A stretch of 32,000 bases of DNA, taken from Demequinaceae bacterium. GTDB lineage: Bacteria; Actinomycetota; Actinomycetes; Actinomycetales; Demequinaceae. Below, in pieces: positions 20,680-30,574 of this stretch. Below the pieces are notes generated by a model, which made no database searches, was not told the DNA's origin, and saw only the letters and a program-made list of their open reading frames with translations. The translations under genes were made by a program, and so were the position numbers. Each line of letters begins with the position of its first letter. Position 1 is the stretch's first letter. Location of the stretch: assembly GCA_965250005.1 (NCBI GenBank), contig OZ252279.1, positions 870,001 to 902,000 of the forward strand, read 5' to 3'.

Positions 20680-21486
20680 CTACCTGGTGAAACTCAGAAT
20701 GTTCGCCGGGGCGACAGGGTCCTCGATCACTCCGTCCGCGGGATCCTGATCAAGCGGGTCGTCGTCGGTCACTGTGTACGTCACCATCGTTCCGTCGATC
20801 AGGGCGTCACTGATCTGAGTCCACGCGGAGTCAACCTTCCAGACGGAATTAACTGGCGCTGGCAACTCGAGCTCAACCGTGATGGTTCCGCCGTCCGTTG
20901 GCACGCACACGGTGAAACCGAAGACCCCGAAGGGCACCTGAACAGCCGACGGAGGCGCCGGGCTGTACGCGCCATCGACCACGGTTGTAGACGCGTCGTA
21001 GCTGCTTCCCGACCCGCAATAGCCCGAAACCGTGACGTCGATGTCCCCCTCTGGTGACGACACGGTGAACTTGAGCGGAGCGATCGCCTCTGCCGCTCCT
21101 GGGTCACAGAAGCTGTCCAAGGGGCGCGTGAACCCGTTCTGATCTACGACCGGCGACCCGACGCACGCGGCCGCAGCGATCGTGGTGGCGAGCGGGCTCG
21201 TAGACGTCGGGATCATGCTGCGCGACCGACCGCCGTTGAACGCGAGCGGCATGAGCTCGGCGTCGAATCCCGCGCCAAAATCGGACACCGAGCCGTGCCC
21301 ATCGGTACACGAGCGCGCCACCTCGTCCTCGAAGTTCGCCTGGATTGTGTTGACGCCGCCACCGAAACTGCACCCTGGCGCCGTGCCCGCCTGGTTGAAC
21401 ACTGACAGTTCGGTGGTGATATCTTCCTGCGCGTAGATGTGCGAGCCCGTAGGTGCGTCGTTGTCATGAAAGGTCACGTGGAACAC
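20680..21486 (-). pseudogene. 5'-truncated relative of the 14590-type secreted protein, retaining the choice-of-anchor U-like C-terminus
   Basis: VQVPFGVFGFTVCVPTDGGTITVELELPAPVNSVWKVDSAWTQISDALIDGTMVTYTVTDDDPLDQDPADGVIEDPVAPANILSFTR*. No signal peptide and no beta-helix region. Confidence 0.75.
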
Positions 21487-21490
21487 GATA

Positions 21491-21718
21491 GCGGGCGCCG
21501 ATCAGGAGGTCGCCGACCCCGAGGTGCAAGCCCTCGTGTCGCGCCACCACGCCTGGTGCTCTACGTTCTGGGTCCCGGACCGCGAGGCCTACCGCGGCCT
21601 GGGCGATAGCTACGTGCTGGACCACCGGTTCCAGGCGACTTACGACAAGTTCGGCGACGGCACCGCACAGTTGCTGCGCGACGCAATCCACGTATGGGCG
21701 GACGCGAAGCTGGGGTGA
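21491..21718 (+). pseudogene. Isolated TipAS-like C-terminal domain fragment of a MerR-family regulator
   Basis: AGADQEVADPEVQALVSRHHAWCSTFWVPDREAYRGLGDSYVLDHRFQATYDKFGDGTAQLLRDAIHVWAD. No upstream HTH region; its upstream side is the truncated secreted-protein fragment. Confidence 0.7.
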
Positions 21719-22853
21719 CGCCGTGCCGAGCACGCCCACGGCAAACTAGGGTTGTCGGGTTCGCGCGAACCGCGGACTCGTTCGAACCGGATGTTCACCC
21801 GACCGTGGAGGCGTGCTGGGTCCCTGGCCTCAACAACAACTTCGACGTCACATTAGGCTTCCCTCGCAGCCCCGATCGCCTGCCGTCGGTTGGGGACGTG
21901 AACATCGCGGTGATCTTCGTAGACTTCCCGGACGCGCCTGCGTCCGCGACTGTCGGCGAACAGTTGGCCAAGATCAGTCCGGGGACAGAGACCTTCTTCT
22001 CCACCGTCTCCTACGGCGCCTTGACCATGTAACTCGTAGCGGACGACGCCTGGGTGCGCATGAGCCTGCCGTCCACGGCCTACAGCGTCGCCACCTTCGA
22101 TTCCCATTTTGCGTACGTGGCGGAAGCAGTCGAGCTCGCGGACCCGGGCTTCGACTTCTCGAACACCGACGGCATCGTCGTGATGGCGAGCGACACCCAG
22201 ACCGCGCTGACCTACGGACCAACGCTCACCGCCGGGTACGGCTGGGGCATCACCGCGGACGGCAACGAGATCGCCAACGCCATCACCTCCGGCATAGACC
22301 TAGACGGCTGGGGCACCTCTGGGCCAACCACGAACTCGGTCACTCGCTCGGCTTGCCTGATCTCTACGCCTACGAACCAGAATCGGTCCTCTTCGAGTTC
22401 ACGGGTAGCTTCAGCCTCATGTCAAACATCGGCGGGTTCGCGCCAGAGCCGCTGGGGTTCTCGCGCTGGAACCTGGGCTGGCTTGACGACTTCGACGTTG
22501 CCTGCCACGAGGGAGCGGGCGTCGAGTATTCCATCGCACCCATTGAGGTCGATGCCATCGGCACGCAGTTGGTGTTGGTTCCGGTTGGCGACGGGAAGCT
22601 AGTGGCCGTTGAAAGCCGCCGCGGCGTCGGATTCGACTCCGGTCTGCCCGAGGAGGGCGTGCTGGTCTACGTGGTCGACACCACGATCGAGTCCGGCCGT
22701 GGCCAAGTCGTGGTCCACCCACCCGGCCAGTTCGACAGATCGGATGCGCTCCTCAACTTGGGAGAGTGGATCGTGGTCGAGGGGGTCGAAATCTCCTTCG
22801 TCGACTCCGCGGCCGGTTTCGACACCGTCTACGTGGGCTACGCCGGGGAGTAA
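21694..22853 (+). pseudogene. M6-family-like metalloprotease, disrupted by an in-frame stop and a frameshift (5' boundary uncertain)
   Basis: VNIAVIFVDFPDAPAS...FFSTVSYGALTM*LVADDAWVRMSLPS (TAA at 22030-22032), then ...GIDLDGW shifts frame into GHLWANHELGHSLGLPDLYAYE (HExxH at 22329) and stays open to 22853. Confidence 0.82.
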
Positions 22854-22896
22854 CTCGGCCCTGGCGCAGTCACCCGCCCAGAACTACCCTGGCGGA

Positions 22897-23256
22897 TTGG
22901 CAACTATCCCCGAGGTAGACGCCTGGATTGCGGCGTACGACAACCCAATGAAGGACGTCGTCCAGCACGTCCGCGAAATCCTGCTCGAAGCAGACGACCG
23001 CCTCGATGAGACCATCAAGTGGCAGGTGCCCACGTTCACGTAAGCGGGCAACCTCGCATCCTTCTTCCCCAAGGCAAAGGCGCGCGCGACGCTCATGTTT
23101 CACACGGGCGCGACGCTCCATGGCGATTTCCCTAGCCTCGAAGGCGACGGCAAGGCAGCACGGTCGATGAAGATCACCTCGGTTGAGCACGCCGAGTCCA
23201 AGCGGGCGGAACTCAGCGCAATCGTCGCCGCGTGGATGGCGCTCAAGGGCGCGTAG
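22897..23256 (+). pseudogene. DUF1801-like protein with an internal in-frame TAA
   Basis: LATIPEVDAWIAAYDNPMKDVVQHVREILLEADDRLDETIKWQVPTFT*AGNLASFFPKAKARATLMFHTGATLHGDFPSLEGDGKAARSMKI...AIVAAWMALKGA*. TAA at 23041-23043, same frame on both sides. Confidence 0.82.
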
Positions 23257-23264
23257 CCCCTCGC

Positions 23265-24215
23265 CTAGGCCCCGTACGCGCCCACGGCCACCACGTTGAC
23301 GCCGTCGCCGCCCGCCCGGATGGACTCCACCTGCGCGCGCACCAGGCTGATGTAGCGGCGGTCGGTGAGTTCTGCACCGCCCGCGACGTGCGGGGCGACG
23401 ATGAGGTTGGGCGTCGACCACGCCGGGTGGCCGGTGGGAAGTGGCTCGGGGTCGATCACGTCTACGGCCGCTCGCAGGCGCCCGGACGCGCACTCGGCGA
23501 TGAGCGCTTCGGTGTCAACAATCTTCCCGCGTGCCACGTTCACTAATAGGGCGTCGTCCGGCATCGCCGCGAGAAACTCGGCGTCCACCAACTTGTCGGT
23601 AGAACTGTCGTACGGCGTGATGATGAACACGACCTCGGCGTCCGGAAGCAGCCGGAGCAGGTCCGTCGCCGCGTGCACTATGGTGCCATCGGGGGCGGTC
23701 CGGGCGGTCCGCGCAACGCCCTCAACCTCAACCTCGAGAGCGCGCAAGCGAGCCCCAATAGCCGTCCCGATGCTCCCGTAGCCCACCACGAGCGCCTTGC
23801 GGTCGGCAAGGCTCCGGTGGAAGTACTGCGGGTTCCATGCGCCGCGCTCTTGGTTCTCGATCCACGTGGGCATCATGCGTTGGCTGGCCAGCGCGAGCGC
23901 AATCGCGAACTCTGCAGTACGCGTGTCGTGGACGCCGCGCGCGTTGGCGAGCGCGACCCCGGGGGGCACGAAAGGAATCGCGTGCTCGTACCCCGCGGAC
24001 GGGATTTGGATGACGGCCAAGTTGGGGAGCGCGTCGAAGCGGGAAAAAACCTTGCGGCCGCCGGAGTAATGCGGGATGCACACGATACGCGTTGATTCGC
24101 GCAGGTCCTCGGGGGCGTCGGCTGTCGTCGGGTCCCACACCACGACCTGGGCGCCGTCTCCCAGGTCGCCTACTGCATCGGCGATCTCCTGTGTGGGGAC
24201 AGTGATGGTGAACAT
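23265..24215 (-). CDS. D-isomer-specific 2-hydroxyacid dehydrogenase family protein
   Basis: LVVGYGSIGTAIGARLRALEVEVEGVAR, LPDAEVVFIITP, LLVNVARGKIVDTEALI, DVIDPEPLPTGHPAW, PHVAG. The internal ATG at 24215 is the likely start. Confidence 0.92.
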   Translation of the reverse strand: MFTITVPTQEIADAVGDLGDGAQVVVWDPTTADAPEDLRESTRIVCIPHYSGGRKVFSRFDALPNLAVIQIPSAGYEHAIPFVPPGVALANARGVHDTRTAEFAIALALASQRMMPTWIENQERGAWNPQYFHRSLADRKALVVGYGSIGTAIGARLRALEVEVEGVARTARTAPDGTIVHAATDLLRLLPDAEVVFIITPYDSSTDKLVDAEFLAAMPDDALLVNVARGKIVDTEALIAECASGRLRAAVDVIDPEPLPTGHPAWSTPNLIVAPHVAGGAELTDRRYISLVRAQVESIRAGGDGVNVVAVGAYGA

Positions 24216-24303
24216 GCGGTCATTCTGCCACGTACCGACCAGGAGAGGACGGTCGCCCATCAGCGACGATGACAAAGTATGCGCGGCCTATGCAATTTCT
24301 ATC

Positions 24304-24325
24304 ATACAACTGTATACTTTGACAC
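24304..24325 (+). promoter_or_regulatory. Candidate -10 element and overlapping palindrome for a leaderless ATPase transcript
   Basis: TATACT at 24313-24318, 7 nt before the ATG. ATACA-AC-TGTAT palindrome at 24304-24315 in a locally AT-rich stretch. No good -35 hexamer seen. Confidence 0.5.
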
Positions 24326-25504
24326 ATGCACGCGGCCGTGAATCCCTTCACCCCCGGAGCAGGCACCCCTCCTTTCGCCCTCGTGGGCCGCGACGGGCTG
24401 CTCGCGCAATGCGAAATTGCCCTCGATCGCCTCGCGCTCGGGCGCAACGCGAATGGCATCGTGGTTTACGGCCTGCGAGGAACAGGCAAGACGGTGCTGC
24501 TGCATCAATTCGTGAGCCTCGCGGCCGACCGCAACTGGATCGCGGTGCCCGTGGAGGCGTCGCTTCACGGCGGCACGCCGTTCGTCGAACGGCTGTCGGG
24601 CAAGCTCTCGCTGCACTTGCGGCGACTCGTCAAGCCAGCGATGAGCGAGCGCGCCAAGCACGCCCTGGGCGCGTTCAAGAGCTTCACGCTGAGCGTCGGA
24701 CTGGAGAGCTTCTCGGTGGGCCTGGATATCGACCCCCAGTATCTCCGCCCCTACTCAGGCGTGGTCGACCTCGACCTTCCCGACATGCTCCTCGCGATCG
24801 CGCGTGCGGCAGCAGAGGACGAGGCCGGAATCCTCATCGCCGTGGACGAGATGCAGGACCTGTCCGCTCCCGATCTCACCGCGCTCATCGCCGCCGCGCA
24901 CGAGGCCAGCCAAACCGCCGCGCCCCTGCTGGTATGCGGAACTGGGCTGCCCTCGCTGCCACGCGTGCTCGCTGAATCGAAGTCTTACTCGGAGCGCCTC
25001 TTCGACTACTCGCGCATCGGCGCGCTCAACAACAAGGACGCCCGACGTGTGTTGGTCGAGCCGGTTCAGCAGCTCAACGAGAAGTGGGTGGACGACGGGC
25101 TCGACGTGATCCTGGAGTGCGCTCATGGTTACCCGTATTTTCTGCAAGTGTTTGGCAAGGCCGCGTGGGATGCCGCCGCGTACTCCCCGATCGACGGCGA
25201 CGACGCCGCGGTCGCGCGCTCAATCGGATTCGACCTGCTCGATCAAGGATTCTTCCTGATTCGCTGGGACCGCGCGACCAGGGCCGAGCGCGAATACCTA
25301 CGGGCCATGGCAGTCGACGGCGACGGCCCGTCATCCGTGGCAGACGTCGCCAAGCGCAGGGACACCAAGCTGCAGTCGCTTGGCCCCATCCGCGCCCGCC
25401 TCATCGCGAAGGGGATCGTGTTTTCGCCTGGGCACGGCACCATCGCGTTTACCGTTCCCGGCTTCGCAACGTTCATTCGACGCGCCGACGAGCACGGTTG
25501 GTAA
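24326..25504 (+). CDS. AAA/archaeal-type ATPase domain protein
   Basis: Walker A VVYGLRGTGKTVLL, Walker B GILIAVDEMQDL, LLVCGTGLPSLP, YPYFLQVFGKAAWD; C-terminal region resembles a small helical/winged-helix extension. Confidence 0.85.
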   Translation: MHAAVNPFTPGAGTPPFALVGRDGLLAQCEIALDRLALGRNANGIVVYGLRGTGKTVLLHQFVSLAADRNWIAVPVEASLHGGTPFVERLSGKLSLHLRRLVKPAMSERAKHALGAFKSFTLSVGLESFSVGLDIDPQYLRPYSGVVDLDLPDMLLAIARAAAEDEAGILIAVDEMQDLSAPDLTALIAAAHEASQTAAPLLVCGTGLPSLPRVLAESKSYSERLFDYSRIGALNNKDARRVLVEPVQQLNEKWVDDGLDVILECAHGYPYFLQVFGKAAWDAAAYSPIDGDDAAVARSIGFDLLDQGFFLIRWDRATRAEREYLRAMAVDGDGPSSVADVAKRRDTKLQSLGPIRARLIAKGIVFSPGHGTIAFTVPGFATFIRRADEHGW

Positions 25505-25601
25505 CACTTCCGGCCCGGCAATCGTTTAGCCTCGTACTACGCCGCACAGCATGGGGTCTCCTTCTGGTCAGACCCTCCCTCGCACCAGTCAAAGGACTCT
25601 C

Positions 25602-26249
25602 ATGGCAAGCAAGAAGAAGGCGAACTCCGAAGCCGCCGCCGCAGCCAAAGTTGCCGAACTCCGCGCCATCGAAGCAAGAAAGGATCTACGCAACAGGTTC
25701 CTCGTCTTTGGTGTGATCGGCATTGTCATCGCGGGGCTGATCGCCGCCGTGATCGTAGTGATCAAGGACGCGTCAGAGCAGAACGCCGTCCTCGAGGCTG
25801 CCGCGGGCGGGCCGATCGAAGGCGTCGTCGAAGACCCCAACCAGACCGCCGGCCACGCCGAGGGCCTCGACCACTCAGGCGAGACGCTTCCACCCATGGG
25901 CGGTGACCACAGCGCGACTCCGCTCACGTGCGACGTCTACTCTGTTCCGGTGACGATTGAAAACGCCATCCACTCCCTCGAGCACGGAGCTGTGTGGGTG
26001 GCTTACCAGCCCGAATTGTCTGCCGAAGAGATCGAGATTGTTGAGGCCACTGGCGTCGGCGAGGACCACGTGTTCGTCGCCCCGTTCCCCGGTCTGCGCT
26101 CGGCCGTGGTGTTGACCGGCTGGGGCGTGCAGCTCGAGCTTGACGACGCGTTCGACGAGCGCCTTGACGTGTTCATGGCGAAGTACGTCGAGGGCCCGCA
26201 GACACCCGAGCCCGGCGCTCCGTGCGACGGTATTTCAATGGAGCGCTAA
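25602..26249 (+). CDS. DUF3105-like membrane-anchored protein
   Basis: Start MASKKKANSEA; single TM segment; VPVTIENAIHSLEHGAVWVAYQPE...VFVAPFPGLRSAVVLTGWG. Confidence 0.8.
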   Translation: MASKKKANSEAAAAAKVAELRAIEARKDLRNRFLVFGVIGIVIAGLIAAVIVVIKDASEQNAVLEAAAGGPIEGVVEDPNQTAGHAEGLDHSGETLPPMGGDHSATPLTCDVYSVPVTIENAIHSLEHGAVWVAYQPELSAEEIEIVEATGVGEDHVFVAPFPGLRSAVVLTGWGVQLELDDAFDERLDVFMAKYVEGPQTPEPGAPCDGISMER

Positions 26250-26278
26250 CCAGCACTCTTCCAAAAACGACGGAGGCT

Positions 26279-26299
26279 CCTCACCGAGATTCGGTGGGG
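26279..26299. terminator. Possible hairpin between converging genes
   Basis: CCTCACCGA-GAT-TCGGTGGGG: 9-bp stem with one G-U-type pair; only weakly T-rich downstream. Confidence 0.35.
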
Positions 26300-26320
26300 C
26301 GCCTTTCTCGTTCGGTAGCG

Positions 26321-27829
26321 CTACTGACCAGCGCGCTCAAGGATGATCTCCCGCACGCGGCCGGCATCAGCCTTACCCTGAGTGGCCTTCATGACCGCGC
26401 CGACGATCGCGCCAGCCGCCTGAACCTTGCCGTCCTTGATCTTGGCGAGCACGTCCGGATCCGCCGCGAGCGCCGCGTCCACGGCCGCCTCGAGTGCACC
26501 GTCATCCGACACCACCTCGAGTCCGCGCGAGGCCACGACCTCGGCCGGCGATCCCTCACCCGCGAGCACGCCCTCGAGCACCTGACGCGCTAGCTTGTCG
26601 TTGATCTTGCCGTCCGCGATCAGCTTTTCAATCTCGCCGATGTTCGCGGGGGTGACGGCCATGTCCGCGAGCGCGACGCCGGTCTCGTTGGCGATGCGAG
26701 ACAGTTCGCCCATCCACCACTTGCGCGCGCCTTGTGCCTTTGCTCCGGCGGCTACGGAGTCAGAAATCAATTGGAGAGCATCCGCGTTCACCACGTCCCG
26801 CATCTCGAGGTCGGCGAAGCCCCACTCCTTCTGCAGGCGCGCACGCATCTTGGCGGGGTTTTCTGGCAGCGTGCCGCGCAACTCCTCGACCCATGCAGGG
26901 TCGGGCTCCACGGGAAGCATGTCTGGCTCCGGGAAGTAGCGGTAGTCCTCCGCCTCTTCCTTGGAACGGCCGGGGGTAGTGGATTTAGTGTCCTCGTGCC
27001 AGTGCCGAGTCTCTTGCACCACGAGCTTGCCCGCGCTCAGCAAGTCTGCCTGGCGGCCGGCCTCGTGGTGAATCGACGCCTCGATCGCGCGCAGCGAGTT
27101 GACGTTCTTGGTCTCCGAGCGCTTGCCAAATTCCACCGCGGACTGGTCCTCGCCATCGGCGGCCTTGGCACGAAGGGACAGGTTGACGTCCGCGCGAACG
27201 GAGCCCTGTTCCATGCGGCCGTCAGAGATTCCGAGTGCGCGCACCAGGTCCCGGATGGTCGCGACGTAGGCGCGCGCAACCTCGGCAGTGCGCTCCCCCA
27301 TGCCCTCGATGGGGTGGGTGACGATCTCGACCAGCGGGACGCCGCCGCGGTTGTAGTCCACGAGCGAGTAGTCCGCCCCCTGGATGCCGCCGGAGCCACC
27401 CACGTGCGTGTTCTTGCCCGCGTCCTCTTCCATGTGGGCCCGTTCGATGCCGATCATGACGGCGGTGCCGTCGTCCAACACCACCTCGATCTCGCCCTCG
27501 TATGCCGTGGGCTCGTCGTACTGCGAGATTTGGTAATCCTTGGCGAGGTCCGGGTAGAAGTAGTTCTTGCGCGAGAAGCGACTGGAGTCGCGGATCGAAC
27601 AGCCGAGCGCGAGGCCCAGCCGGATCGCGGACTCGATGGCCTTTTGGTTGGGAACCGGCATGGCGCCGGGCAGCCCGAGGCAGACCGGGCACACCTGAGT
27701 ATTTGCCTCGGCGCCAAACTCATTGACGCAGCCGCAGAACATCTTGGTGTTGGTATTGAGCTCGACGTGGACCTCGATCCCAAAGACCGGGTCGAAGTCC
27801 TTGGTGGCGCTTTCGTAGTTGTACGCCAT
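26321..27829 (-). CDS. gatB: Aspartyl/glutamyl-tRNA amidotransferase subunit B
   Basis: Probable start [34 protein letters not shown]; [34 protein letters not shown]. Confidence 0.96.
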   Translation of the reverse strand: MAYNYESATKDFDPVFGIEVHVELNTNTKMFCGCVNEFGAEANTQVCPVCLGLPGAMPVPNQKAIESAIRLGLALGCSIRDSSRFSRKNYFYPDLAKDYQISQYDEPTAYEGEIEVVLDDGTAVMIGIERAHMEEDAGKNTHVGGSGGIQGADYSLVDYNRGGVPLVEIVTHPIEGMGERTAEVARAYVATIRDLVRALGISDGRMEQGSVRADVNLSLRAKAADGEDQSAVEFGKRSETKNVNSLRAIEASIHHEAGRQADLLSAGKLVVQETRHWHEDTKSTTPGRSKEEAEDYRYFPEPDMLPVEPDPAWVEELRGTLPENPAKMRARLQKEWGFADLEMRDVVNADALQLISDSVAAGAKAQGARKWWMGELSRIANETGVALADMAVTPANIGEIEKLIADGKINDKLARQVLEGVLAGEGSPAEVVASRGLEVVSDDGALEAAVDAALAADPDVLAKIKDGKVQAAGAIVGAVMKATQGKADAGRVREIILERAGQ

Positions 27830-29340
27830 CACTTGACCTCCAGTTCGGGGGCCTGCGCCATCAACGGTCCGCCCCACTTGTCCGCGAGCGCGCGTTCGAG
27901 CGCAGCACCCACCTTGTAGAGGCGCGCGTCCTCGCGCGCCGGAGCCAATATCTGGAAACCGACGGGCAGGTTGTCCTCCGGAGCGAGCCCCGATGGCAGC
28001 GACATGCCGGGCACCCCGGCAAGGTTCGCGGGGATGGTCGCGATGTCTTGCAGGTACATGCTGAGCGGGTCGTCGAGCTTCTCTCCCAACTTGAACGCCG
28101 TGGTGGGCGTTGACGGCGAGATCAGCACGTCGGCCTTGGTGAATGCTGCGGCAAAATCGCGCTGGATGAGCGTACGGACCTTCTGCGCGCTGCCGTAGTA
28201 CGCGTCGTAGTAGCCGGCGCTCAGAGCGTACGTTCCCAGGATGATGCGGCGCTTGGCCTCGTCTCCGAAGCCCTCGGCGCGGGTGGTGGCCATGACGCGC
28301 TCGACGGTCGAGTCGCCCTTATCCACCCGCAATCCGAACCGGACGGAGTCATACTTAGCCAGGTTGCTGGAGGCCTCGGACGGCAGGATCAGGTAGTACG
28401 CGGCTAGCGCGTAGTCGAATGACGGGCAGCTCACCTCGGTCACGATGGCGCCTACGGCCTTGAGCAGTTCGACGGATTCCTCAAAGCGCTCAGTTACGCC
28501 CGCCTGGTAACCGTCGCCCTGTAGTTCCTTGACTACGGCGACGGTCACGCCCGCGAGTCCGTTTTCGCGTCCGTCCGTGGCCGCGGCGACCACACCGGGA
28601 ACTGGTTCTTTGAGCGACGTAGCATCCATCGGGTCGTGGCCGCCCATGACCTCGTGGAGCAGCGCGGCATCGTGCACGGTGCGCGCGCACGGGCCCAGCT
28701 GGTCGAGAGATGAGGCAAGAGCGATCGCGCCGTAGCGGCTCACGCCGCCGTACGTGGGCTTGACCCCCACGGTGCCGGTAACGGAGGCGGGCTGGCGGAT
28801 GGAGCCGCCAGTGTCCGAGCCGATCGCAAGCGGCGCCTCCCACGCGGCGATTGCCGCGGCGGAACCGCCGCCTGACCCGCCCGGGATCCGGTCCAGGTCC
28901 CACGGGTTGTGCGTGGGACCGTAGCCACTGTGCTCCGTCGAGGAACCCATGGCGAATTCGTCCATGTTGGTCTTGCCGAGGATGGGCATCCGAGCCGCGC
29001 GCACCTTTGACGTGACGGTTGCGTCGTACGGCGGCACCCAGCCCGCGAGGATCTTTGACCCAGCAGTAGTGGGCATGCCTCGGGTGACCAGCAGGTCCTT
29101 AATGGCAATCGGCACGCCCGCGAGCGCGGGGAGGTCTTTGCCCGCAGCGCGGTCGGCGTCAACGGCCGCCGCAGTCTCGATCGCGCCATCGGCGTCAACG
29201 TGCAGGAATGCGTGGACGGCACCGTCTACGGCGCCGATGCGGTCGATCATGGCTTGCGTGGCGTCCACGGAGGTGGTCTCGCCTGAGGCCATCGCGGCGG
29301 CGAGCTCCTGAGCTGTCAGGCGGTTCAGTGCGGCGCTCAC
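27829..29340 (-). CDS. gatA: Aspartyl/glutamyl-tRNA amidotransferase subunit A
   Basis: [47 protein letters not shown] amidase signature, [13 protein letters not shown]. Confidence 0.97.
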   Translation of the reverse strand: MSAALNRLTAQELAAAMASGETTSVDATQAMIDRIGAVDGAVHAFLHVDADGAIETAAAVDADRAAGKDLPALAGVPIAIKDLLVTRGMPTTAGSKILAGWVPPYDATVTSKVRAARMPILGKTNMDEFAMGSSTEHSGYGPTHNPWDLDRIPGGSGGGSAAAIAAWEAPLAIGSDTGGSIRQPASVTGTVGVKPTYGGVSRYGAIALASSLDQLGPCARTVHDAALLHEVMGGHDPMDATSLKEPVPGVVAAATDGRENGLAGVTVAVVKELQGDGYQAGVTERFEESVELLKAVGAIVTEVSCPSFDYALAAYYLILPSEASSNLAKYDSVRFGLRVDKGDSTVERVMATTRAEGFGDEAKRRIILGTYALSAGYYDAYYGSAQKVRTLIQRDFAAAFTKADVLISPSTPTTAFKLGEKLDDPLSMYLQDIATIPANLAGVPGMSLPSGLAPEDNLPVGFQILAPAREDARLYKVGAALERALADKWGGPLMAQAPELEVK

Positions 29341-29636
29341 GCTTCTTCTCCCAGTATTCGCGGCACGCGGAAGCGCCCGTCCTCTGCGGCGGGAGCGCCA
29401 GAGAGCGCCTCCTCCTGGGTGAGCGACGGCCGCACATCGTCCTCGCGGTGCACGTTGCCAAGCGGCAGCGGGTGCGAGGTGGCCGGGGTGTCCTCACTCA
29501 CGGCCTCCTGAACTTTGGCTACGGCGTCCACGATCGCGGAGATCTGGCCGGCCATGCGGTCTAGTTCGGCGGGGTTCATGTCGATGCGCGCGAGCGCCGC
29601 GAGGCGCCCCACATCGGAGCTTTCCAGGGATGCCAT
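29337..29636 (-). CDS. gatC: Aspartyl/glutamyl-tRNA amidotransferase subunit C
   Basis: [36 protein letters not shown]...[22 protein letters not shown]...GRFRVPRIL; overlaps gatA. Confidence 0.93.
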   Translation of the reverse strand: MASLESSDVGRLAALARIDMNPAELDRMAGQISAIVDAVAKVQEAVSEDTPATSHPLPLGNVHREDDVRPSLTQEEALSGAPAAEDGRFRVPRILGEEA

Positions 29637-29678
29637 AGGTGCGAGTCTAGTGCGTGAAAGCGGGCCTCAACTGTGTGT

Positions 29679-30260
29679 TCACGCCTCCGGCTCCCAGGTG
29701 TAGCCAAGCAACTTGACCCCGGTTGTCGAACTCGATGGCGCGTGTGCGCGAGCCTCCTCTGGCGTGAGCCGCTTGGCGCCATTTTCCTCGTCGTACACCA
29801 CCCAGTCGAGCGACTCGAGGCGCCTGAAGCCAAGTTTTTCGTAAAGCTTGTGAGCCGCAGCCATGGTCTCCATGGTTGACAGGACGATGCGCTTGGCGCC
29901 CTGCTCGACTGCCAGTTTCATTCCGGCACGGGTGAGCTTGCGGCCAACGCCGCGGCCCCGCGCGAGCGGAGACACCGCGAGCATCCGCAACTCAAAATCG
30001 TCACCCGTGGCGAGCTCGGCAAACTTGCTGCTGGCAGGGACCACCGTGAGCGTTCCAAGCGCGGCACCTTCGCCCGCATCTCCCGCCGCCATCATCAGTA
30101 GCGTCGCGTGCTCAGCGCGTGCGGCAGCGTCGCGCAATTGCGGCATGTACGGGTGCGCCTGGTCGACCAGGCCGTCCGCGAGGTACGCGAGCGCCGTGAG
30201 TTCGCCAATCTCTGAGAGGCGGAGGTTCTGGTCAGGAGTGACAGCGACGATTGAATTCAT
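29679..30260 (-). CDS. GNAT-family N-acetyltransferase
   Basis: FELRMLAVSPLARGRGVGRKLTRAGMKLAVEQGAKRIVLSTMETMAAAHKLYEKLGFRRLESLDW. Confidence 0.92.
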   Translation of the reverse strand: MNSIVAVTPDQNLRLSEIGELTALAYLADGLVDQAHPYMPQLRDAAARAEHATLLMMAAGDAGEGAALGTLTVVPASSKFAELATGDDFELRMLAVSPLARGRGVGRKLTRAGMKLAVEQGAKRIVLSTMETMAAAHKLYEKLGFRRLESLDWVVYDEENGAKRLTPEEARAHAPSSSTTGVKLLGYTWEPEA

Positions 30261-30574
30261 CGGGCTCCTCCCACTTCTATCAACCGCATTCGGTTCACCA
30301 CGACTAGCCCCCTGTTCGCGGACGCTCTCGCGTCATGCTCCTAGGGTAGCGACACAGGAAGACATTGAGAAACCCATTTCCCACTCCCGTCGCGCACAGA
30401 CCTGAGCCTTCCCGGCAACGAGGGCGTTCCCATGGGTACGGCGAGAGGTCCTGGGACACACTCAAGGGACATCACGCGGCGGCGGCGAGTCGACGAGACC
30501 CTCAAAAGGCGATTGTCGCGCGCACAAGACAACTCGGCGCTTTTCTGGGAGGCTTAGCGAACAAGGAGGCTACC

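Noticed and set aside
22030-23043. TAA recoding (stop readthrough as a sense codon) in the M6-like and DUF1801-like genes
   Set aside because: Neighbouring genes use stops normally, and the same region holds frameshifts and truncations, so pseudogenisation or sequence error is simpler.
20321-23256. Mobile element explaining the debris zone
   Set aside because: I found no transposase, integrase, terminal inverted repeats or tRNA; the rearrangement mechanism remains unknown.
26732-27919. 395-aa plus-strand ORF opposite gatB
   Set aside because: Antisense to a clearly conserved gatB gene; low-complexity-like composition and no domain signature.
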